Positions 58,146 to 64,000 of a stretch of DNA of 64,000 nucleotides are shown piece after piece; the first letter of the stretch is position 1; each line of letters begins with the position of its first letter. The DNA is from a bacterium (GTDB lineage: Bacteria > Zhuqueibacterota > Zhuqueibacteria > Residuimicrobiales > Krinioviventaceae). Position numbers and translations under genes: made by a program. The notes beneath the pieces are model-generated. The model searched no databases. It saw nothing but the letters and a program-made list of their open reading frames with translations, and was not told where the DNA came from. The stretch covers positions 316,692 through 380,691 of the forward strand of contig CAXXFV010000015.1 of assembly GCA_963674595.2 (NCBI GenBank), read 5' to 3'.

Positions 58146-58492
58146 GTGATGAAATTGGCTGCAAAAAGGAACAAGGGGCGTAATTTCACTGCCGATATTC
58201 AACTGATCGGTATGCCCTATCATTTTGCTGTGAGATTCAAAGACACGGGAAAGCTCCGTTCTTTCGACCTGCTTTCTGTTTTTCAGCAGGAGCCGATTCG
58301 TTGGGGCGTGCTGATGCTCGGTGTCCGTAATTTCTGTCTGGCTCACACAGAAAAAGACATCGCCGAAACCCTGGAGGCCTATTCAAAGGCATTTCAATCT
58401 CGGTCAAAGAAGCTATCAACACTGATTCCTTATCGGGGATTCTAATGGGAAAAAAGTTTTTTTCGATTTTCAAAAGAGACAGCTCCCGTTAA
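58146..58492 (+). pseudogene. C-terminal remnant of a glutamate-1-semialdehyde-aminomutase-like (class III) aminotransferase
   Basis: FQQE.IRWGVL...NFCLAHTEKDIAETLEA; continues in another frame (EAINTDSLSGILMGKKFFSIFKR); no N-terminal or PLP-lysine region. Confidence 0.6.
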
Positions 58493-58493
58493 C

Positions 58494-59546
58494 ATGCGAA
58501 AAGTTGTTTTCAGGGTTGATGCTGGCGGAGAGCTCGGCTTTGGTCATGCCGTCCGGAGCATTTCGGTGGCCCGATATTTGAAGGAATTTTTTGAGATTGA
58601 GAGCCTATTTGTTTCGCGATACCATCCGAAACTCGAAGAAAAATACACACACGGAAAGATCGATCACTGTTTTACGTGTGAGGTTGCCGAAGAAACAATT
58701 CTAAATGAAATTCGCATGAATTATTCCGGACAGGTCCTATTCATTGATAAACTCTATCCCTACAGTCGAGAGACTATCCAGAGTATTAATCAAAATCTTC
58801 ATGTTATCATGTTCCACAATGATTGCGACGGTATGTTTGAGAGCGACTATGCGATCTTTCCGGCAGCTCACCTGCCTTCGGCCCTCATCAACAGCGACAG
58901 ATGGAAGGATTCAAGCGCGAATCTACTATATGGCCCGGATTATGTTATCATTAATGACACCGTTAAGCGGTTTCTTTCTCAACAGACTGTGCGTGTCGGG
59001 CAAATCCAAAGCATGGCTATTACGACGGGGTCCAGTGATCCAAAAGGTATGCTGCTTCAATTAATACGCTGGCTGAATGAAAGTGATGTAGTTGTTAATG
59101 TCAACGCCTTGGTAGGTTTTGATTTCAGTGGAAGGCGCGAGTTAAACAAATTGATGCCCTTTTTGAAGCCTTCGATTAATGTCAGGAACTTTAATTTCAC
59201 AGACCTTTTTGCGGCCAAGCTGGCTGTTGCCGCCTTCGGTGTAACGGCATATGAATTGATTTATGCGGGTGTTCCTTTGCTGACAATCGGTCATATTCCC
59301 AAGAATGCCTTGGGTAGTAGGATACTTCAGAAGCGTTACGGCTGCAACCACCATTTGGGCTGGCTGGAAAAGCTGACTAAAGCTGAATTCATTTCTGCAG
59401 TTAGGCGCCTGTGGTATGATCCGGGGGCGCTCTCCGCCATGCAGCAGAAGCAAAGCGGGCTTATCGATGGAAATGGCTTGTCACGTATTGGAAATATTTT
59501 ATATGATCTTTGCAAAGAGAGAATCTACTCGTTGCCGATTGCGTGA
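58494..59546 (+). CDS. pseG: PseG/SpsG-like UDP-sugar hydrolase (GT-B fold)
   Basis: VFRVDAGGELGFGHAVRS; LYGPDYVII; ITTGSSDP; AFGVTAYEL; IDGNGLSRI. Confidence 0.75.
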   Translation: MRKVVFRVDAGGELGFGHAVRSISVARYLKEFFEIESLFVSRYHPKLEEKYTHGKIDHCFTCEVAEETILNEIRMNYSGQVLFIDKLYPYSRETIQSINQNLHVIMFHNDCDGMFESDYAIFPAAHLPSALINSDRWKDSSANLLYGPDYVIINDTVKRFLSQQTVRVGQIQSMAITTGSSDPKGMLLQLIRWLNESDVVVNVNALVGFDFSGRRELNKLMPFLKPSINVRNFNFTDLFAAKLAVAAFGVTAYELIYAGVPLLTIGHIPKNALGSRILQKRYGCNHHLGWLEKLTKAEFISAVRRLWYDPGALSAMQQKQSGLIDGNGLSRIGNILYDLCKERIYSLPIA

Positions 59547-59568
59547 ACATTAAAGGAGAGGCGCATCC

Positions 59569-60024
59569 ATGAAAAATGTTGACCCGTATTATAGAAAACT
59601 CGGTGATTTTAAGAAGGGGCAGGTTTTTAGTCATTATCCGCACAAAACAGTTCTGGAAAGCGATAACAACCTGTTTTGTCTTCTAACCATGAACCATCAC
59701 CCTATTCACAGTGATGTTGAATTCGCCGAAAAGAGCCAGCATGGCAAAATTCTCGTAGTTGGGACATATATTTTGAGCCTTGTTGTGGGGATGTCGGTGC
59801 CTGATATTTCGGGTGCTGCGATTTCGAACCTTGAATATGAAAGGATTACGCACGATGGCCCGGTATTCATCGGTGATACGATTAGAGCAGAATCGGTGAT
59901 CTTGGACGTTAGACGTTCTAAGAGCAAACCCGATCGTGGCATTGTCTATGTTGAGACAGTTGCTTATAATCAACGGGACGAAAAGATCTTGACCCTGAGG
60001 CGCCGAGTATTGATACCGGTATAA
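59569..60024 (+). CDS. MaoC-family (R)-specific enoyl-CoA hydratase/dehydratase
   Basis: ESDNNLFCLLTMNHHPIH; PVFIGDTI; SKSKPDRGIV. Confidence 0.88.
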   Translation: MKNVDPYYRKLGDFKKGQVFSHYPHKTVLESDNNLFCLLTMNHHPIHSDVEFAEKSQHGKILVVGTYILSLVVGMSVPDISGAAISNLEYERITHDGPVFIGDTIRAESVILDVRRSKSKPDRGIVYVETVAYNQRDEKILTLRRRVLIPV

Positions 60025-60063
60025 TTCGGAAATCGCTGTCATACAAATTGGTAGGAGGGGAAT

Positions 60064-60984
60064 ATGAGAAAACTAGATCATGAAACATTAATTATTCGTT
60101 CTTTTCTATTCGTACCTGGGCATATTGAAAAAATGCTTGTGAAAGCATCAGAATCGATTGCAGACTGTGTTGCCTTATGCCTTGAGGACGCGGTCCCCTA
60201 TGAGAAAAAGGAAACAGCGCGGAAAACCATTCGGAAAGTGCTTTCGGAAGGCATGTTTAGCGAGATAACCGTTTTTGTCCGCATAAATCCATTGGATACC
60301 GGCCTTACCCTCAAAGACTTGGAAGGTGTTGCATGCAAAGAGCTTGATGGATTTGTCTATCCCATGGCCTACGAACCGGACGACATCAAAAAATTTGATG
60401 CGCAATTGAGTCTGATGGAGGCGCACTTGGGCCTTCGTAGAGGGCATTTTTCCATTATCGTTCTAATTGAAACCCCACAAGCTGTTTTAAGAGCTTTCGA
60501 GATTGCAAACGCCTCTGATCGAGTAGTGGGTCTTCTTTTTGGGTGTGAAGATTATATGGCCGAAATGCAATCCCGTTACTCTAAAGAGGAAATGTCTCTG
60601 TTCACGCCGCGGTCATTGGTAGCGATGGCAGCACGGGCTGCCGGCGTCGAGCCCATTGATACTCCTTACGTGCGGGTTTATGATCTGGAAGGATTGCGAA
60701 GATTTGCGACCCTGGGTCGAGATTTAGGAATGTCCGGTATGTTGGTTATGTCTCCGAGACAGATTGATATTGTGCATGATTGTTACACACCTGATCAGGA
60801 AGAAATCGCCTATGCTTCTGAAGTCGTACAGTCGGCCAAAAAAGCCAAAGAAGAGGGCAGAGGGATTGTAATGGTGAATAATAAATTTGTTTCTCCTCCG
60901 ACGGTCAAACAGTCGGAGAAATTGATAGAACGGGTGGCAGCCATCGACAGTCTGGAGGCAGCCAGGAAGCAGGGATCCCAATGA
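60064..60984 (+). CDS. CitE/HpcH-family CoA-ester lyase (malyl/citramalyl-CoA lyase-like)
   Basis: RSFLFVPG; LEDAVP; VRINP; LIETP; FGCEDY; IDTPY; SPRQI. Confidence 0.88.
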   Translation: MRKLDHETLIIRSFLFVPGHIEKMLVKASESIADCVALCLEDAVPYEKKETARKTIRKVLSEGMFSEITVFVRINPLDTGLTLKDLEGVACKELDGFVYPMAYEPDDIKKFDAQLSLMEAHLGLRRGHFSIIVLIETPQAVLRAFEIANASDRVVGLLFGCEDYMAEMQSRYSKEEMSLFTPRSLVAMAARAAGVEPIDTPYVRVYDLEGLRRFATLGRDLGMSGMLVMSPRQIDIVHDCYTPDQEEIAYASEVVQSAKKAKEEGRGIVMVNNKFVSPPTVKQSEKLIERVAAIDSLEAARKQGSQ

Positions 60985-61637
60985 AAAACCTTGTCATTAT
61001 CGGTGGGATGGGAAATGGAACGGTGGTGGCATCAACCGTTGAGGATATCAATGATATCAACAAAGCATGGAGAATTATCGGATTTCTCAACGATTTCGAG
61101 ACAGAGCCCATCAACGAGTATCCGATTTTGGGCAAAATCGATAAAGAGGTTGCCCATCAACTGATCGAGGAGCGCAATGCGTATTTTTTCTATACATTGA
61201 TTTCAACCAAACTGAACCATAAGTTCATACATAAGTTGACAGATCTTGAAATACCCCCCGAACGTTTTGCCACTTTGATTCATCCCAGCGCAGTTGTCTC
61301 GAAGTTTGCAGAAATCGGTAACGGAGTATGCATACAACCGCTCGTGAGTGTCGGACCCAATGTGAAAATAGGTAATCATATTCAAATTTACGCCCAATGT
61401 TTGGTGGGGCACAATGCTGTTTTGGATGATTATAGCTATGTGGCCAATAACTCATGCATTGGTGCCCATGTTCATATGAAAAAAGGTGCCTATCTGGGAA
61501 CTAACTGCAGCCTCCTTGAAAACGTTACAATTGGCGAATGGGCACTTGTAGGAATCGGGGCGGTTGTTCTAAAGGATGTTCCAGCTTATACAAAGGTGGT
61601 GGGGAATCCAGCTAGAATCATCGGCAACGTTGAGTGA
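60981..61637 (+). CDS. NeuD/PglD-family left-handed beta-helix acyltransferase
   Basis: LVIIGGMGNG; TLIHPSAVVS; VGHN; hexapeptide repeats; VVGNPAR. Confidence 0.88.
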   Translation: MKNLVIIGGMGNGTVVASTVEDINDINKAWRIIGFLNDFETEPINEYPILGKIDKEVAHQLIEERNAYFFYTLISTKLNHKFIHKLTDLEIPPERFATLIHPSAVVSKFAEIGNGVCIQPLVSVGPNVKIGNHIQIYAQCLVGHNAVLDDYSYVANNSCIGAHVHMKKGAYLGTNCSLLENVTIGEWALVGIGAVVLKDVPAYTKVVGNPARIIGNVE

Positions 61638-61742
61638 CAGGTTCCTTATCTATTTGAGATTTCGGCTGCTAGTATTTGTAAGGAAATCAAAATTTTAAAG
61701 CAGTTAACTCATAAAGATTCAAGAGTAAAGATGGATTAAGTT

Positions 61743-62786
61743 ATGTATCTGGAAAAACATTGCATTAGTCTTCAGAGCGAGCCTTTCATTATCGCCGAGA
61801 TGTCGGGTAATCATAACCATTCTCTCGCTCGTGCCCTAGAAATGGTGGAGGCAGTGGCCGAAACAGGTGCCCATGCCCTGAAATTGCAGACCTACACTGC
61901 CGACACGATGACGTTGGATCTGGCCGAGGGAGAATTTTTTATAGACGACCCCAATAGCCTGTGGAAAGGGCAGGCTTTGTACAGCCTTTATCAAAAGGCG
62001 CATACACCATGGGAGTGGCATGAACCCATCTTCAAACGTGCGCGGGAACTGGGTTTGATTGCCTTCAGCAGTGCGTTTGATGAAACGGCGGTTGATTTCC
62101 TGGAGTCTCTGAACGTGCCCTGCTACAAGGTCGCCTCTTTTGAGAACACGGACATTCCCCTGATCCGCAAGATTGCAGCCACCGGAAAACCCATTATCGT
62201 TTCCACTGGGATGGCAACAGCTGCTGAACTGGATGAATCCGTTCATGCTGCGCGTGCAGAAGGCTGTAAGGATATTGTATTGCTTAAGTGCACAAGTACA
62301 TACCCAGCATCGCCTGAGAATTCAAATCTTCTTACCATCCCTCACATGCGGGACCTATTTAATTGTGAGATGGGCTTGTCGGATCATACGATGGGAATTG
62401 GTGTTGCGGTCGCTGCAATAGTTTTCGGTGCAACAGTTATGGAAAAACATTTTACGCTGTCAAGGAAGGACGGAGGTGTGGATGCGGCTTTTTCCCTTGA
62501 GCCCGGTGAAATGAAACAATTGGTCGAGGAAACGAAAAGGGCCTGGCAGGCCCTTGGCCAGATCAGTTATGGGCCCAGCGACGGAGAACAAAAATCTCGA
62601 ATGCGTCGGCGTTCTATTTATATTGTTAAGGATATGCAATATGGAGAGTCCTTTACGACTAAAAACCTGCGACGAATCCGTCCCGGCCACGGTCTTCCAC
62701 CGAAGTACTACGATATGCTTATTGGCCGAAAGGTAAAGAAAGCGGTTAAACGGGGTACGCCGATGAGCTGGGATTTGGTCGCCTAA
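61743..62786 (+). CDS. pseI: Pseudaminic acid synthase
   Basis: IIAEMSGNHN; KLQTYTADT; AHTPWEWH; KVASFE; GLSDHT; EKHFTL; C-terminal SAF domain. Confidence 0.93.
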   Translation: MYLEKHCISLQSEPFIIAEMSGNHNHSLARALEMVEAVAETGAHALKLQTYTADTMTLDLAEGEFFIDDPNSLWKGQALYSLYQKAHTPWEWHEPIFKRARELGLIAFSSAFDETAVDFLESLNVPCYKVASFENTDIPLIRKIAATGKPIIVSTGMATAAELDESVHAARAEGCKDIVLLKCTSTYPASPENSNLLTIPHMRDLFNCEMGLSDHTMGIGVAVAAIVFGATVMEKHFTLSRKDGGVDAAFSLEPGEMKQLVEETKRAWQALGQISYGPSDGEQKSRMRRRSIYIVKDMQYGESFTTKNLRRIRPGHGLPPKYYDMLIGRKVKKAVKRGTPMSWDLVA

Positions 62787-62898
62787 AAGAATAATGAAAA
62801 AAAGTGGACTAATAAGCGAAGAGGAAAAACTTGGCAGAAATATTGTGGATTTATATCAGAGAAGCATTTTCGGAAAGGTCTCGAAGTCTGAAATCGAT

Positions 62899-63018
62899 TT
62901 TGACAAACCGCCTACCGCTGCCAAGCTTCAAGACTATGAAGCTTTGCTGCCCGGGAATATTACCCCAAAGCAACTGGACCTTCCACGACTGGTGGAGTGC
63001 GGTTAACAAGGCGCTTAC
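62899..63018 (+). mobile_element. IS66-family remnant: TnpC C-terminus plus right inverted repeat
   Basis: FDKPPTAAKLQDYEALLPGN resembles the IS66 TnpC end. Sequence ends ...GGCGCTTAC at 63018 (reverse complement GTAAGCGCC, the IS66 terminus). Confidence 0.7.
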
Positions 63019-63020
63019 GA

Positions 63021-64000
63021 ATGTTGTTTAAAGATATCTTTTCAATAATTCAACATATCGAAAGTAACCTTGACGTTGCTAACTTCAAGCTTGCTGGAAT
63101 ACACGTATGGCCACATTTGCGCAACCGTTTAGTTGGTGGATTGGTTTCCGAGGCGGAAAACCCAAGTTTGCAGGGTCACGGCCACTCTGAAAGAATCTTA
63201 AAAAAGGCAAGTCTGCTACCTTCCGGTCTCTTGAATTTGATCAGGGCTCTGAGTGTGGACACAGTCTCAGGGCATGGAAAGAAGCGAGGAGCCGATATCG
63301 TTTTTTTGTCCAACTCTACCAGAAGGACCCTTAGACTTCCTTCAGGGTGGTATGATATTCTTATAGATCCAATAATCGACTATCTTGAGAGTAAGGGGAT
63401 CTCACATTTTACTTTTGAAAATACGCAGACACTGCAACCTGTCTATCCAAAATACAGAGTGGTTAGATCTGCCCTCCCAAGCTCGGTTCTGGCATATGCA
63501 TTTTCTGTTTTTAACCTGAGTTGGTATAAGCCGCCGAAGGAGTTTGAAAGATGTTTTAAGGATTATAAAGAGCTGCTTTATGCCCAAGGTTTATCAACTC
63601 ACATTGTTAGCAGGCGTAGCCTGCTAATTGAGTTTCTTTATATAAGACACCTAAGCAGTTTCTACAAAAGACAGATTAAGAAAATAGATCCCAGGTTGAT
63701 CGTTGTTGTGGGTTACTATGGTTATGTTGGAATGGCGTTATGTTATGCTTCCAGAGTTCTTGGAATAATTAGTGCTGATATACAGCACGGCGTGCAGGGA
63801 AAGTACCACCCGGCGTACGGATCTTTCTTTATGATTCCCAGTCAAGGATTTAATACGATGCCGAATGTCTTTTTGACCTGGTCGGAAAAAGAGCGTGATT
63901 CTATACAGACCTGGACAAAAAAGACCCAAAATATACGAGCCATTGCGACGTGCAACCCTTTTCTGCAGAAATTTCTATCGGATAATGCCCTTTCAATGTA
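63021..64000 (+). CDS. Surface-polysaccharide protein, probable GT-B/nonulosonate transferase-like; runs off the window (absent from the ORF track)
   Basis: Manual translation is open to the end: MLFKDIFSIIQHIE...WPHLR...GYYGYVGMALCYA..LGIISADIQHGVQGKYHPAY...PNVFLTWS. Confidence 0.75.
   Translation, partial: MLFKDIFSIIQHIESNLDVANFKLAGIHVWPHLRNRLVGGLVSEAENPSLQGHGHSERILKKASLLPSGLLNLIRALSVDTVSGHGKKRGADIVFLSNSTRRTLRLPSGWYDILIDPIIDYLESKGISHFTFENTQTLQPVYPKYRVVRSALPSSVLAYAFSVFNLSWYKPPKEFERCFKDYKELLYAQGLSTHIVSRRSLLIEFLYIRHLSSFYKRQIKKIDPRLIVVVGYYGYVGMALCYASRVLGIISADIQHGVQGKYHPAYGSFFMIPSQGFNTMPNVFLTWSEKERDSIQTWTKKTQNIRAIATCNPFLQKFLSDNALSM

Noticed and set aside
1-64000. tRNA, rRNA, CRISPR array, prophage or defence genes; the many short overlapping ORFs in the track
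   Set aside because: None recognised by inspection; the short ORFs overlap well-supported genes in other frames and lack motifs

Overview
Bacterial chromosomal window of roughly 40% GC (visual estimate). It probably comes from a non-Bacteroidota member of the FCB superphylum (KSB1/Calditrichota-like; inference). Supporting signs are many YPNPFNP-type C-terminal sorting domains, GWxTD and PD40-Omp85 genes, clear Shine-Dalgarno sites and TTGACA-N17-TATATT promoters. 1-20 kb: a + strand cluster of secreted proteins. It has a 7TM hybrid two-component regulator, four tandem Fib_succ_major (FISUMP) paralogs with a conserved Ig-like N-domain and variable C-domains, an FG-GAP/FN3 protein ending in a dockerin-like repeat, a CTD-bearing putative anchor, a beta-helix protein with the same dockerin-like tail, and an S8 protease. 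The best candidate for a new system is that these form a modular surface adhesin with interchangeable tips (donor strand, then dockerin/cohesin, then CTD); this is an untested inference. 20-26.7 kb: unrelated singleton genes. 26.8-53.7 kb: mostly - strand housekeeping genes and a rhamnoside-utilisation/ABC cluster that becomes heavily frameshifted and is cut off at about 53.73 kb. 53.7-64 kb: a compositionally distinct pseudaminic acid locus (pseC, pseB, pseF, pseG-like, pseI). It has no pseH in the window but carries a MaoC + CitE-like lyase + LbH acyltransferase trio, several gene scars, an IS66 end, and a candidate nonulosonate transferase running off the window. No rRNA, tRNA, CRISPR array, integrase or reverse transcriptase was recognised.
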